Shown here: in pieces, positions 34,919-50,642 of the stretch
How positions within the stretch are numbered: position 1 is the first letter of the stretch
Layout of the letters: each line of letters opens with the position of its first letter
Assembly: GCA_030704615.1 (NCBI GenBank)
Contig: CM060734.1
Coordinates: 30,814,001-30,878,000 of the forward strand
DNA from: Takakia lepidozioides
Lineage: Eukaryota; Plantae; Bryophyta
Direction of reading: 5' to 3'
Length of the DNA: 64,000 bases
Program-made: the position numbers and the translations under genes
Notes under the pieces: generated by a model
Databases searched by the model: none
Told to the model about the DNA's origin: nothing
The model's input: the letters and a program-made list of their open reading frames with translations, nothing else

Positions 34919-37900
34919 TCATCCGTTAAGGCGGGCCACGAATTGACCCAAATTGTACTCCTCAGTGTACTGTGATTGATCCCAAAGCTCTTCCAAACTG
35001 TTTAGCATTGCCTTCAAGCCCCTCCCACCATTTATTCCCCCTGCGGTTCCTGCTGCATCCATCCCATCTTCGCCACTCTTTCTTGATGGACCAGCCTAGA
35101 CATGCAACCACAATGTTGCTCAGTAGCAATTACAAAGAGTGACAACGAACATTCGCACCACAGCACAAAACTCAGACCTCTTGAGACTCTGCAGAACACA
35201 AGTGTTCAAACGTCTCCTTCCTTCAAAGATCTGACCCCAGGGTGACAGTGCAAGGGACAACTTCAAACTCAAAAGACAGACATCTAATGTCACGAGTGCC
35301 TCCTAAAAGGGGAATATGAATCAAACCAACTAGCACAAACCCAGCAACCAACCTGGCAACTGACCCAAACCATCAGATACACCATTAAAATCGGAAGGGT
35401 TGGCTGCCATATCCATTCTGAATGGGATGAGATGAATATAGTAAGCGTATCTCCATGGACACTCCAAAGAATCCCTACCTTCCCAGATGTGGCTGAGACA
35501 GTGAAGAGATCCAACAATTGTGCAGTATCCATGGTATTAAGACTGGCGTTCTCAGCGTTGACAATGGCATTGGCAACTGAAATCTTGAAGCGCTGGAGGC
35601 TCATAACCTTCTCCTCCAAGGTGCCACGCATTATGAGACGATGCACATTGACAACCTGGCGTTGTCCCAACCTGTGAGCTCGATCCATGGCCTGCAATTC
35701 CTTGCAAGTTAGCATTGTCCTTTCTTATCTGAACAATTGCCGGTTCCATTTGAGCAAATAAAGGTGTCAAAAACAGATGTAGTGACAGAGGAGGACCAAA
35801 CAATTGTCTAAAAACAGCCATCCACATCACTGCTAAGATCATCAACCTGTGCACAGTGTGCTTTAAAAATGCACCTAGAGCTCAGTAGCAGGTTCTTTCA
35901 CCCACCTGCAATTGAACTTACAATGCAAGACGAAAGAGCTTAGAACATATTAATCAAAAGACAAGTTTTCAATCTCTCTCGATAGTTCTTTCGCTTTCCT
36001 TTTACTGGGAACGACACAACAGATTATCGCCTACCTGTAGATCACGCATAGGATTCCAATCGTGCTCCATGAATACCACTGTGTCTGCTGCTGTCAAGTT
36101 TAATCCAAGGCCACCAACTGCAACCGCCCAAACCCACCTTGCATTCAGGTAACCCTAACCAAGTGACCCGAATGAAACCATCTTGCTACAAAACAATTGG
36201 AGCATACAGAACAGTAGGAGCTTCCCCTCACCATGTGTGGTCAGAAGTAAAACATCAATTGTCGGATCTGAATTGAATGCCTTGACAATGTCAAACCGCT
36301 TCTCTGTGTCCACAGAACCATCTAAACGCAGATATGTCACTCTGTCACCCACAGCCCGACCCAACGCTCATATGAGTCACAGATTCCTTTCGGGTTACAT
36401 ACAAAATTGCAGCCCACAAACAAGCTATGATCTTGCTATCCATACGGTGCAAACTGGTCACTATGACCTCGGCACAGAGTATTCCATCCAGACTTGGGTA
36501 GTGAAATGAGGAGATAGAGAAAGAGGAACATACCCCTTCATATATGTCTGGAAGAGGTCCTTCTCAATGATATCCAAAAAGCTCTGCAAACACCAGAAAT
36601 ACCACATGCTTCCAAACTTTAATAACCATGAGTACATGTCTGCCTACAACACCCACAACTTGAGAATGTCCTTCACTTCATGAAAAGTACATATGCAAAG
36701 AAGGTAGACTGCCAAACTGCCTAGAGCAGGAGCAGGACGACTTCTGCCGAGACAGGTGTAACTTATGGTGTCACTTCACCTCAAAGGGCTACTGCCTTCC
36801 ATTTGGAAGATGGGCACCTTCGAAATGGCCGCAAGTGGGGCAACGCAGTTGCCCAACCCTCCCCCGATGACTCAAAAGTCCCCCAGGTACCCACACATTA
36901 AGTAACCAGTTGACACCAGACCCGCCCCAACTTTATAGCTGGGTTGGCTATAATGGGTGACATCCAGCATACACCTATGTGGCTTTGAGCCCACGACCAT
37001 TTTCATGGTGGCCTTGTGCCCTAACCACAGGGCAATCTGCTAGATGCTTCCTGAGAACAGATAAAGATACCAGCCCACCTACGCTTTCACAACCTTACTG
37101 CTTGAGCTAATATGCCCAATAAAATGCTGCTTTGATTAAGGTTGTCAAGGGCTGACATTGAAAATGAAAGGTAGTGTTGCAACTAACTGACCTTGAGTTG
37201 GGCAAAGACCAGGACACGATGCTGACCCCCTTCTGCACCTGCAGGTGTGTCAGACCCAGCAGAAGCCGGCACACCGATGCCACACTCCTCCAGGATGTCA
37301 CGGAGAGCCTGCAGCTTTGGTGCATGTTGCAGGTCATGAAGGTCCTTGCTGCTGGCGACACCATCCACCAGCCGCCCTGCCTGACTGTCCCCAGTGCCAG
37401 TGCCCTCGAGAACCAACAGTGGATGGCTACAAAGCTTCCGCAGGTATTGCAGGGCCTGGAACCACCCCAGGCAAATACTTTCCCTCTAAATATCTGCTCA
37501 TGTGACTCCTTTCCACAGTTGTCAGTGCTATAAAGGACATAGCCTTAATAAACGAGACTCTGTAACCAAGCAGTTGTATAAGGGGGACGGTGACACTAAC
37601 AAACTGTAAGGAGATTATACTGGCATTTCTTCAACTGACCCAGAAACAAAACACACCACAACAGTTCGACCATGTGAGACTTTTATCTATCAATGGAAGA
37701 TGTATTCACATGAACCTTCATGCAATTTCCAATTGATTGGACTGTGACTTCAAGATCTTAGAGGATCATTGATATCCCTAAAGCTGCTACAAGTATGTGG
37801 TTAGTGTAGCCATAAATCAACAACAGCTCACTCGTGCTCATCGATCCAGAATGAAATACAAGTTCAACCTGGATAATGCTGCTCATATTACCTGAAAGAC

Positions 37901-40900
37901 ATGCGTGGATGAACTATTTCGTATATTCTGCACTTCAGGAGCTTCAGGCTCGCCATGAGCAGTCACATAAGTTGCAACTTCTTTCTTAGCTTGAGATGAT
38001 GAAAAGTCTTCATATAGGCGAAGCTGCAGTGGGCTCAAGTCACAGTAACGATCTTGTAGAATCTTCGGTGGTAGGTCTGTCAGCACCTCATCCTTCGTCC
38101 GCCGTAACAGAAACGGCATGACCTTCATCATCCCCATCATCCACCTATCAGCGTCCGAAACCAGCTTCATATGCAGGAAAGTCTTACCATGGCATGAAAT
38201 GTTGCAAGAGTCCAGACCATTATAGGCCAATGATTAGGTTGAGTTCTGGATTGTATCAGAAGTATCCACGTAAGGTTAGGCTGGCCAAACTTCTAACAAA
38301 ACCTGACCTGGAGAGGTTATTTCAAACAGTTAGGATGCCCTTAGTACTTAAATTTCCTTAGATTTGTTTGTGACTTCACATTGATGCACCATCGTGTTCC
38401 TGCTCTTCATCCAGAAATGTATGATAGAGAGAAAGACATCATTTGCTAGGACTGGAGAGGACATGAATACCTGTTTATGAAGAGCCTCCATAGCCAACAC
38501 ACCTGCCTCAGCTTCCTTTGCAGAGCATTTGGGATCCCTGGCAGCTAACAATGGTCTCCCATAATTGGCTTGAAACTGCACATGAATGCCACCTTGTCAG
38601 CTAACTTCAGTGTGAATGTCTGCCTACCTACTTTTAATCAATACATCACATCAACGACTGTGAGCTCCCTGTTCCCAGAAGAGCAGTCATAATTCATAAC
38701 CAGTGTTGGACGGGCATGTCAATAAAGACATGCCCAACAGGCCCGAGCATGTAAGGGGCCCAGTATGTTTTTTGCCTCGCGGACATGCATAGTTGGTCTT
38801 CAATTTTCTGCCAGCGGACATGGATCCTAAGGGGTTGTCCCTATAAAGGCCTGCCGGTCTTGTAACCAGGCAGGTCATGGTTTATATATATAGCATATAC
38901 ATCTATATAATTTTTTCCAGGAAGGGGACAGCGGCCCTCAAGATCATATTAAAAGGAGTCACAGAGAAAATAACCGACATAGGGCCACGGGGGCTTACAT
39001 CCAGACCATAAGGTGGCAAGACAACGGGTAAAAAAGTGGCTCCAACTTCAGTTTGGAATGGTTCTACTTATTAATAACAAGGGTGGGCAAAAACCCACAA
39101 GGAAGCTATCAGGCCAAGCATTGAGTGTCTAGTTCAAAGCGAAGGCAATCTATAAAGGTGTATCCATGAGATTCAAGCTAAGCACCTACAATCAATGGAG
39201 TGTCTGTGGAATCAACCATATGATCCCCAACTACAGCCCAGGCCCGCCTGCCCAGCCACACACCTCACCCAAGGGGTGCAGGTCTTGGGGCATGTGGTGG
39301 TAAAGAGCAGGTGGCAGGCCTGGCGGTCCGGGCTGGACATGATACATGCCCAGCTTCGACCTGTGCCCCCACCCAACACTGGTCATAACCCTCTGACATG
39401 CAATCAGCAAACCTAAACAACAAGACTAGAAACCTGAAGAAAATTTAAGGAGATGCCCATTGTGTAAGTACCTGACGCTCGGTGCCAAGAAAGCCAGGCA
39501 TGAGGAAGTCAAATAGAGACCAAAGCTCCAGGACATTGTTCTGGAAAGCCACCAGCCAGCCTTAGGATCCAAAAGAGAACAACCCTAAAAGTCTGGATGC
39601 AGCTCAGGTCAGGTAGCCTTTGACTAATCCAAGGGTCATAACTTCGAACAGCTTAATCCCTTAATCTGACCATGCATGTTTTGCTCACATTCCTGTGAAT
39701 GATCCATAGGGTTGCCACATGCAGACATTAAATGAACATTTCTTTTGCAACAAACAGGGGCCCTGACCATCAACAGAAACCAGGTGCTTAAAAAACTGCT
39801 TAGAACTTACCTGAATAGGCGTCCCAGTTAACAGGAGGCGATGTTCTGCCTGCATGCGCTTGGCTGCTAATGTAATCTTAGACTTGAAACTTTTGATGAT
39901 GTGCCCTTCATCAAGGATGCAGTAATTCCACACTTGTTTCGCCAACACATCTACGTCTTTACGCAACACATCATAAGAGGTGATGATGATATTGTGCTTC
40001 TGGAAGAGCGGTTGTAACATCAGCCGCTCTTGGGGTGATCCAGTGTACTGCAACGGGTTCAAGACGTCACTGGGTATGAATTTCTCTATCTCATAGGCCC
40101 AGTGACCCACCAACGTTGATGGACACACCACTAGCGATGGCAGGGGAGCAACATCAGTGCTTTTCGATTCAGCATACGCAGCTGCACGCTCAGCACTATC
40201 CGAGGCTACAATTGCTGATGCTTGGAGAGTCTTACCAAGGCCCATGTCGTCACACAATATACCGTGCAGCTTGAAATGCTTGAGAAATGCCAGCCAATTA
40301 ATACCCTCCTGTTGATACCTGCAATTGTAAGGACCAAGGTCATTAGATTGCCTATGCACATGGATTTTGATGGATGTCACTTTAGATTATGCTTGGAATC
40401 ACGGTTAGAACCTTAGTACCACCTCAACACTAAATTTTTGCATATTCATATAAATGCAGAGCAAATTCTATGCGAGAATGAGGCGACCATACCTAAGGGA
40501 AAGCCTATCCCACAACAGATCACAAAGAAGAAATAAAGGCCTTCAAAGGACATTACGAAGACAGAAAAGAACAAACACTAAACAAACGAACAGGACTCCA
40601 ATGTAAAGACCTTCAGTGTCATACAAAGACACAAGACCATACGACTAAAGCCTTGTATCTTTGAGACTCAATGACAGAGTACCAGAGAACTCCATTATCT
40701 GTCAACTGTGTTTAGCCACTTGACTGCTAAGACTCTCCATTGACTTGGCTAGCTCCCAAGAGTGGGTACAAGCGCACTAACTTTCTGTCAACTTTCTGGA
40801 AGGTACCGAGACGTAATTATCAAGGAAAAAGGTTTCTGAAATGCTATCTCATTTGCATCAATAATCCATAAGGAAAAAGTGACAGAGATGAAGGGCACCT

Positions 40901-43900
40901 GCGCAAGGTCACGTTCAGAGGGATGCAGAGCCGGTAGTCATCAACATGACTATTATCCAGTAGCTGCTCCAAGAAGTGGGTGTCTTCAGCACTCTTGGAT
41001 GCCTGAGACTCTGGCAGTCCTTGTGGGGGTGGCACTCCACGAGCCAGGGGGAGAAGGGGAACCAGGGCTGCAAAACTACTCGTGACACTTTGGCGAACCT
41101 GGGGGTTGGAATCACTCATACAACCCAGCAATGGTACTATGAGAAATGGTGAGTATGCCACCAGCTCTGGGCCCAGGCCCTCGACCAAGGCAGTGACAAG
41201 CATGCCTGCACCTTGCCTCGCTTCCACTGCCGTAGTGTCCCCCAGCATAGGGACCGCCTTTGTCAAAACAGCCGCCATTACTGGCTCAGTCATCGTCCGT
41301 GCCATAGATGTAATACACCTGGATGCAACCAGTCGAACAGCTGCATGGAGATGCTGTACACAGCTGAAAATAGCTGGCAACAGGGTCAACATGTTCACGT
41401 GAAGGTTTTTGTCTATAACTGGTGCTATTGACCGCACCACCTGCAAGTCCCACACCCTCCAATTGTCAGTCAATGTCAAGTGGGTCACCTGTATACCATA
41501 TATGTATCTCAGACACAGAAAAAGGAGAATGAAACTGAATTCGACATTTTTCTTTGTAGTGGGGGGGAGTAGTCTCCAGCATACAGCGCAAACTGCAAAT
41601 GCTGCTCAAGCAATCACATGTACCTGAAGGTTTGTGATTAGAGCCTGGGGGTCGGCAGTCATGTCAGGGAGGTGCACTGGGTGATGGGGGGCAGGAATGA
41701 CAGCAGCAGATTGCCCTAGGGCTTCAGTCAAGCAATCCCAGATTTTTGGAAGCTGCTCTAGTAATAAGCCTCCAAACTTCTCACACAACGACTTCAATGC
41801 CAGCTCCGCCCCGCGCCTCGTGATAGCCCCCTCAAGTCTTGACCTTTCCTCACTGCCTGATAACACCTGAGACTTTGCCTTTTGAGTTGCTTTACCAGCA
41901 TGCACAACTTCAACCTCTTCCATGTTTACTGCGGCCACATTCGACTGTGTGGCTTTTGGTGTCTCAACAGGATCAGCAGAAGTCAGTGCACACACATTCT
42001 TGATTAACTTCTCATTGGGGCTAGGTTTGCGACCAACACATTGCACTATCACCTCTGCCAGAGCCTCCGCTGCTGGTTGTTGCAATGCCTCCTCCTGCAT
42101 TTGAATGCCGAATTTAATATCCATGATGCGATTCAAAGTTTGACACCATAAAATCTGCTTCAGTGCAACGGTCAACTTCAAATAGAGCTCTACCTGGAGC
42201 AGTTACACCATTCTTACCTGTTCACGTTTGATGGCAGCCATCAAGGGCTGGATGACAGGGTTGAGTTTGACAGGAAGTTCTGCCATCCACACAACAGCCC
42301 CGGCCATTGATGCCAAGACACTCATGTGCAAGTTGCCCTGCAGTCCAGCCACAAAGTGAGCAGTACACCTCACCTCACTTGGCAAGACATGGTCTACCAG
42401 AGTCTGGAGGTCCAACACTATTCCACACAAACTGCAAGCAACGTAATGGGCACACTCTTCAGTAAAATCCTCCTCCCTCATTCTCCACAGGGAGGCAAAT
42501 AGACACAGCTTCCAAGCCTGTGGGTTCTCGGTAGCAAGGCCTGAATAATGCATCACATACATCCCATGTACCTCAAAAAGTTCTCAATGTTAACAGAGGA
42601 CTCTTAAGGAGCAGATCAGATCTGTTGGCCAGCAGCCATATATGAGAATTCAAAGGCAATACACAATCCAGCTGTAAGGAAATGTATAAAGTTTTGCACA
42701 CCTGCACACACTGGAGGTAGCCAGCAGTTGCAAGTAGCCTTTGGCGTGCTGACTCCATAAGATTTACAGGGTTTGACTTCTCCTCAGAAGTACTCTCCCC
42801 ACATGATCCATCATTGGTTGTTGACAACTTCGTCGCCAACTCAATACCAGCATCAGCACTGATGGCATCAGTGGCTGGTAAAGCTGCAAGAAATGACCGC
42901 TTGAAGGACCCCACAGCTTCCGCATGCCTGATGAGAGCACTAGCCTCAGTGCGCATTTTTGTGAACATCCGAGACAACTCTGCATACGGCAGGTTGGAGC
43001 CAGGTGTTGGGAATGCTGCATCCCCACAAGCTAGCAAATCTAGTAAACGAGATCGCAAGGATTGTGCTGCAACTGTTGCTTCCCTGATTTTCTCCTTGTC
43101 TGAACTTCTTCTGAACTCCTTGAAGCATGATACAACCACCATTGATGCTACCTGCTTACAAGAAGCAGAAAGGTTAGCACGTCATTAGTGCCATCCACTG
43201 CCTTGATAATCAGTGCCAACGTTACAACTTCAGGATGAAGTTGGCATCCAACTTAGTAGACTTTCAAGACACCTAGGCAACTGACCAGAACAATCATTGC
43301 ACCCAGCCAAACCCCACACCGTGGAAGGAGGGCAGAATAAGAAGTTCTTCTGGACATGGCAAGCATGCAAAAGATGGGACTTAGCAACAACAGCTACCTG
43401 CCGCTGAACTCCCAAAGAAGAAACCAGCAGTTCCAGCAGAGCCTCCACCACAGAAGCAAACATGGAAGCAGGCAAAGAGGCTGCCAATATGCCCAGTGCA
43501 TTAGTAGTTGCCACACGCATGTGCACTACTGACTTTTCACCATCAGCCCCCACAACCACCAATGCCTGCTCCCCAATTTTAAGTCTTGGGGCAGCCTGCC
43601 AGCTGGACTCCCCAAAACTGGGCGCCGCACCTCTGGCTGCCTTCAACTTGGCAACTGCCTTGACTCGGCTCTTCCTTGGCAATGAGTTTGGAGAAAACAT
43701 TTTAGAGGTTTCAAGGGGCGATCCAGCTGCTGTACTTGCCAGCTTCAACCACGATGAAAAATATGAATTTGTTGCAGCCACCAGATCAGATTGTGGACAC
43801 TGCCCCCAACAGCACAGCAATCCAAAATCCTTCATTCAACACCTGCTCCTGCTGACTGTCATCCAAATTTGCTGCCTATCTGAACCTTCAAAGGAAACAC

Positions 43901-46900
43901 TAATAAAGGACGCAATACTGTCATAGGAAAAAATGATCGCAATTTGACCTGGAGTAGCAAGCGCCACACACGTTCAGAACAGCACATAATAGCCTCATCT
44001 GATTCCAGGAGCAGATTCTGAAAAACCAAGCGCAATGCATCCCCCAATATAGGCACTGCCCAAGAACTCCCAGTTTTGCATGGAGAACTGTGATCTCCTG
44101 ATTCTAGCAGCCGCTCCTGCATGAGCGGACAATACCAGCACTTCAAAAGCAAGGGACTGGCAATGCATGATAAAGTATGTATCATTTCGTGCTCAGAGTA
44201 AACCTTCATGGTTCCTCCTTGTCGGCCACCAGGCCCAGCTGTGAATGATGTTGCAGTTATGCCAACTGCCAAAGTCAAATTGTTTAGGGGCAGACATTTG
44301 GTGTTTTAAATCTTGAGAAAGGAAGGGTCCAAAAATGATTTCCACCTGGCTATATGCCATCAAATGAATACCGTATCTTTCCTGGGCACTATCAGAAAAA
44401 CCATCTATTTGAAGTACCAAGTAACAACTGCATACTGACATTAAAATGTAACCCAAACAGATGTCGCACCAGTCGAAGTAAAATCCTTAAATTGCAACAT
44501 AGAGAGTGCAGATGTCACACCAGTCAAAGTTAAATCCTTAACTTGCAAAATATAGAGAGTGCAGTCTAACATTGATTCACAAAGTTTCAGACAATCAACC
44601 TCAGCAACAGCTCCCAACAGTGGGTGTAGACCACAACAATACTACCAGAGAAGAGAACTAGAAACAAAGTGGAAAAGAACCATACCAATGTCCGGATGGC
44701 AGCAAGGCGAACAGAGGAGATGTTGTGGCGCATGAAGGGCCACAAGCGGGGGGCCAAAGTAGAGAGCAAGAAAGGGTCATCTTCAGTGCCACCATGCAGA
44801 ATGTCAGATCCTGGTGGATCATCCAACGGAATAATCTCATTTAAGTCGAGCATCAGTGGCCTTTCCGCCACAGCTCTTGACACCACTTCGGGCTGTGAGT
44901 ATAATTCTGCTAACAAATGCATGACACTGCCACAATCCACATCAAAGTCTTGTAGTTAAACTTTCTGGGGTGCTGCTTAAACCTCACACTACTACAATAC
45001 CACCACATGCAATACCAACTCTAGTTGATGGCATTATATAGACAACACGTCATATCAGACATACCTGCTGGTGGAAGGGCTAAGGTCATCCAAGTTGAGT
45101 AAGATATCCCATAAAGACAACAGGATGGTGGTGACCGCATTGCCAGCAGACGCCAGGATGGCAGGAGCAGCCGGGGTCAAGGCCTCCGCTGCCACTGCCC
45201 GTACATCATCGTCTGCATCCTCCAGCCCCACCATACAGGCTGGCAGCACACGCGGCAGCAGCTCTTGCAACATGTCCTGCCACTCCCAACCACCATTCAA
45301 TGTTATACCTGAGGAAGTGATTGCAGAAGTCAGCATTTTCTTAGATGCAATTATAAGACATATACCATCTGAATTGCTTAAAGATCACATTGGACAAGGA
45401 TGCAATCCTGGACAAGCAGTCAAAGGAAGGCCATCTCCAGCAAATCTGATACGTGAGCCAATACAGTGCATCACTTTTGAACATTACAGGAAGGAGCCTC
45501 AAAGCAAACAGTGCCAAGCTTGCAAGAAGAATGGTTGAAGTTTATGCATGCCAACTAGGGTAACAGAAGACACACCTAATACGACTGATTTAGGTACATC
45601 ATGAGCCTCTGATAAGTAGACATTGTTCAATCAAAACTGGAAGCATTACACTATGGACAAGGCCCTCCACCTGTTCACATCTTATTCATCACAGTAAAGT
45701 GAACATTCCTGGTAAGCACTCCCAGGATCAGTCGAGATTAAAATCAGTCTCACAAGAGCCTCGAGAGAGAAGGCACCTGACGAACAGCTACAAGGTATTT
45801 GATGCCCAATAAACTGCCATGTCGCACCTCCCACTCCGGGCGGCCCTGTAACACAACTTGTACCAGAACCCATACTGGTCTCAAAATGCCACAATTGAGC
45901 ACCATACAAAATAAGCAGTGATCCTAGGGGATCCAACATCAAAACAAGAGCCGTAAAAGAACCGTAGCTCTGGACAAAGCACCTCACCTTCATTTGAAGA
46001 AGAACACTCAAAGTCTCATGGACCCAGGTAGGGGGCATCTGCTTTAGCACTGCCCCAATTGCCTGTGCACATGTTTCACGAACAGGGGCCACCACTTGAT
46101 CTGACACGTAATCTCCAAACCTGTGCCACAGGTCACTACTTCATTGATTACATAGTAACAAACAATTGGTAATAATCAAGCTTTCCAGAAACTCGATTGC
46201 TACGTTGTTCATTCATGTTCAGTCACCTCATTTCCAATCGAAAGTGAAAATTGCCAGCGGGCCCCTGCGCCTAGTCTGATTTGCAACTGCTGACTAACCT
46301 TCTCTAGACTGAAGGTCAATTGCTGTCAGAATAAAGCAAAAACATGCTGCAAAAATATTAAAAGAACGATCTGTTAGGAGAGCCACGTTTCTAACCTTCT
46401 TACAAAGCCAGTTGCTAAATACTGCTGTACACAATCTCATGGGCAATCCTAACAACTAAACCGTTAGCACACATAAGTGGGCTTGACAAAAACCTTGGAC
46501 GTGAATGGACGGAATTCTTCATGCTGTGCACGATAAACTATGGGAGCTCAGAGGAGAGAAAGTAAAGATCAATGATCTGACAAATTGCTCATTTACAACC
46601 ATCTAAAACCATTATGGACAGTCCTCGGCTGCTGGGAGCATCTAGGGATACAGGGATGTGGACAGACAAACAAAACCCTCTTCCCGTGATTTCATTGAAC
46701 TGCAGAAACTTCTCAGCTAATGAAAAACAGTAATCTCCGAATTGTTTAAGAATATTCCTACTTGAAACAACCAAAAAGATGAATTGGTTCCCCGATGACA
46801 AGCACCTGTGTGACAACAGAAGCTAGACTCCTTCTGCAGTTCATCTGCAGTTTTGATTAAGCACTCTTTATGCACTCCATATCATCATATCCTTCACATA

Positions 46901-49900
46901 ACTAGGTCCAAGTGATAAACAAGAAGAGAATGGCCGATCTTGCAGTTGGCAACCAACCGGTCAAGGGCAAAAATGCAGAGGAGACGGATGGTGCAATCTT
47001 GTAGAAACTCCATGTTGGCAGCCCACGCTTGCTTTGCAGCTATCACAACCTTGGCCTTGCTTTTCGGAAGATCACCTTCAGCTGTAGGCCACAGTTCATT
47101 GGCCAAGATCTCATTGTCCACTTTCCCTGCAGTTAATTCCTCTTTAACTTCCAAGTTCAAATCCAACTCAGGCTTCACTACTCCTAAACTTAACTCTGTC
47201 TTCACCAATGAGAGGTCACATTTCATCCAGCCAGCACAAGACTCTGAAACTCCAGTTAGTCCGGTCCCCTTATGGTTTTCAATGCCTGTCACTTCTTCCA
47301 TCTTCACCTTCTTATACTCCCCATTGTCTTCCTCTGACTGGATGTTTAAGTTAAGATCTATGCTCCTTTCCTTCTGTGGACTTTCCAAGGTTCCATCTGC
47401 ACCACCCTCGCAAGTTGTGATGGCTGGCTGAGAATCCAGAGCAGGGGCCACAACAGCTGCAGATGCTGCTTGGGCACTGAGAATTTCTCTCAATGCCATC
47501 ATGTTTCCATGTCGGACCTCCCAAACTGCACACCCACTCCAAGGTCATGTTAAGAAGAAAAACCCCCAGCGAGCCAACAAGATCTACCAGTTTCAATCCA
47601 CGTGTGATGGGAAGGGAGAGAATGTGAACCTGTATCAAACATGTCATGAATAAGGAGCTCCACAAATTGACCAAAAGGCCACTGCCCATCACCATCTGCC
47701 TCGAGATTGTCTTCATCTAGTACAGCATCTACTACAAGCTGCACTGACACGCATTGCACACATGCAATTAGTTCATTATCTCAGGAATGGTGCAAGTCCA
47801 AAAGGTGACCCATGTACACCGCCAGAATCTGTGTCAAGACTAGGTGATAAGAAGTCACACATTCTTGGGGTATTTTTATCCTTGTAGTCATAATGAAGCA
47901 GATGAACAATACCTTATTATCTCCACCTTCCGACTGTTCAACGATAACTGACTTGATGTGTTTGGCACGCTTTAAGGTGGGCTCCTCAACGTCCTCCTCC
48001 TCCCCCCATTCTTTGGCCCCATCTTTAACTACCACCTTGGCCTTGCGCTTCAGCATGTTGCGTTCTCTAGCACTTAGTGTCCTGGAAAGACCCCCAGAGA
48101 CCATATTCGCCACCAGTTCATGCACTTCCTGCTTCCCTGCATCTGGCTGCAGGAAATAATCACGTGCTTCTCCATTGCCAGTTGTCGCTGCCCGATGCCC
48201 CAACAGATCCTCATCACAGATCATGTCATTCACATCCATAAACTGCTCACATCCATCGAGTCCTGCACCAACACCCACCCATCACAGTCAGAAAACCCTA
48301 TACTAAACACTAAGGGAAAACCATGCCTTGTAGATGAATGTATATGCACTACCAGAACAAAATAAAAATTCCATACTAAGATCTTCACCAGTGCCTAGGA
48401 ATGCAGCAGATGTCTTCGCACAAAAGACTTAGACAGGATGGTGGAAGGTCTAACCTAAGCGGCGCCGCAGATTCTGCTTCTGGCGAGCTAATCGCTCTGC
48501 AGGGGTTTTGGTATTGTCAACTCCCACATCATACTCCTGCGACTCATGCCAACCCCCACTTAACTTTCAACACCCCGACCAGCTAACCTTCCATTCCATC
48601 CAAGGCACACTCAATAGCAAGCAATTCACCGTTCTCAAATTGCCCGAATCGCATATTTCCACATCAAGAAACAGCTTCTGAGAACTAACAACTCGGTGGC
48701 CCTTGCTGCCACTAGTGAGCACTGTTATCTAGTAAAGAGTAGTTGCAAACAAACCTGGCCTCCAGAAGACAGCAACTGTGCTCCAAACTCCAACACCCTT
48801 TGCATGTCAAAGCTGCATTCCATTGTCAAATGATGTCAATTATCATGTCTCACATAGAGATAAGAATGTGAGAGCCTAGTATATTCTGAGCGCACAATTG
48901 AAGGTAACCAAATACTAAAAGATAACCACACATCTCAACAAACAGCCTGTAGAAAGAATACACATGCATTTCCAAGTTTGGAAAAGTATGAAGCGATCTC
49001 CATTCCATCAAGTATTGATGATCACAAATGGAAAGGAGGAAGGATATGTACCTACTAAACGCAAGAGATGTGGCAGATTGGGGTGCTGCTGCCTGACCAG
49101 CAATGAGCACCTTCAAAAGGTTTGTAGGGTGACCAGCTTTGGCAAGTTCTGCCTCAGCACTAGCCAAAAGTTCGTTCACTGTCACATGTCTCACATTCTC
49201 TGCAATGGCTCCTATGGCTTGTGCTGCCGCCACCCGTGTATCCCAGCTCTTGCTCCGCAGGAATTGCCGTACCTACAGAACCCCGAATTGCTCAAGTCCA
49301 CTCACGACCATCCTTTCCAGCATGTAGGTCACTTGACAGCAACAGAGGGCAAATAGTCCCGACACTAGCCTGCAAGACTTAACTGAAATCACAACTGAAA
49401 TTGATTATTGATACTGACAGCTCCCCAGCTCCACATTTTTTGGAGAGCTGGGGTGGAGCTGGAGAGGGAAGGAACCATTTGTCATTTCCTCAAGAAAACT
49501 GAGATCAGCTTCATGTCAATATGTGTCCTGTATGGGAAAGTGAACAGTGCCTAGGTAATCCAAACAGGTAAACATACTCAACTTGTCATTCTGGAAGTCA
49601 TTCCTCTCAAGGATTTTGCATAAAAATTAAACCCTCTCCACCAACAATTTTTTCCTCCTTTTGAAGTAATTTAGACTACGTGATGTTTGGATCATATTAC
49701 CAACTGGCACAGTCAAATGTAAAAGGGAAATCCTTCATGCACTTCATCTTGTAACTGAATGCATCTCAATATCGTTACAGAACAAACAAACCAAAGGTTT
49801 GAGGAGCAACTACATTCCAGTTCTAAGTGGGAATCTGAGTTAATCCACGTCAATCCATGAGACAGCCTCACTTTCCAGTCACGGATGCCACCCTTATTCC

Positions 49901-50642
49901 CTGGTGCTATGTGCAGAGCTGTACCCGCTTGAGAAGCGGACGCAGCTGTCCACGGTGCAGCTTTGCTATTTCACCAATTTGCCGTGCAGCAGCCCTCCTT
50001 GTTGCAGATGTTGATCCAGCTTATCCTCAGTCAAGGTCTCTCTCTCCAAAACTTATATACAACAAGTTCATCCAAACACTTCTACACCTCCAATATAGAG
50101 CAATAGAGTGATCGTCACTGAATACAGGTAAGTAAAAAGTTGACAGAGAGATGGCACAAGCTCAAGGTGGGGCAAAAAATAAAAGGATGTGTAGAAGCGC
50201 ACGGGGATGCAAATACAGCTACAGATTCAAAAAGTCCACCAACTAGGACAGAACGGGAGGACGAAGAAAGCCGACATTGGAGGAAGAATGTAGGATGCTT
50301 GTGTTTGTATTATACAATCTGCACAAGTGACTATCGTGATAGACCTTCGCTGCCAAGTAATCGGTTGACAATCACGCAGCGGGGAAAACATGCGGTATGG
50401 CACAGCCATGCGTGACTCATGGCCACTCGTGATGTGAGCTATTCAACCCTCTTGCAAATTCTTACCCTGTCGCAACAAGGAAGAGCTCACTCTAACATAA
50501 TTCTACCTTCCAAGTACCTCAAAACCAGCCGCACCTGTTTTTGATAACTGTGATTTCACCTAAAACAAAAATGTGGAATCCTCAGGATACTGTCCAAAAG
50601 CGTGAGTAAACGATGAAGGCGAGATGTTTGTTGGTGGGCCAT
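34919..50642 (-). CDS. BTAF1: TATA-binding protein-associated factor BTAF1/MOT1 (HEAT repeats plus SNF2 ATPase), multi-exon
   Basis: Start [17 protein letters not shown]; [13 protein letters not shown]; [14 protein letters not shown]; ILDEGH; LTGTPIQ; [12 protein letters not shown]; [11 protein letters not shown]; end [13 protein letters not shown]. Confidence 0.95.
36720..37040 (-). mobile_element. Possible tRNA-derived SINE in a BTAF1 intron
   Basis: Minus strand GCAGATTGCCCTGTGGTTAGGGCAC...GGGCTCAAAGCC resembles degenerate A and B boxes; no clear TSD. Confidence 0.4.
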
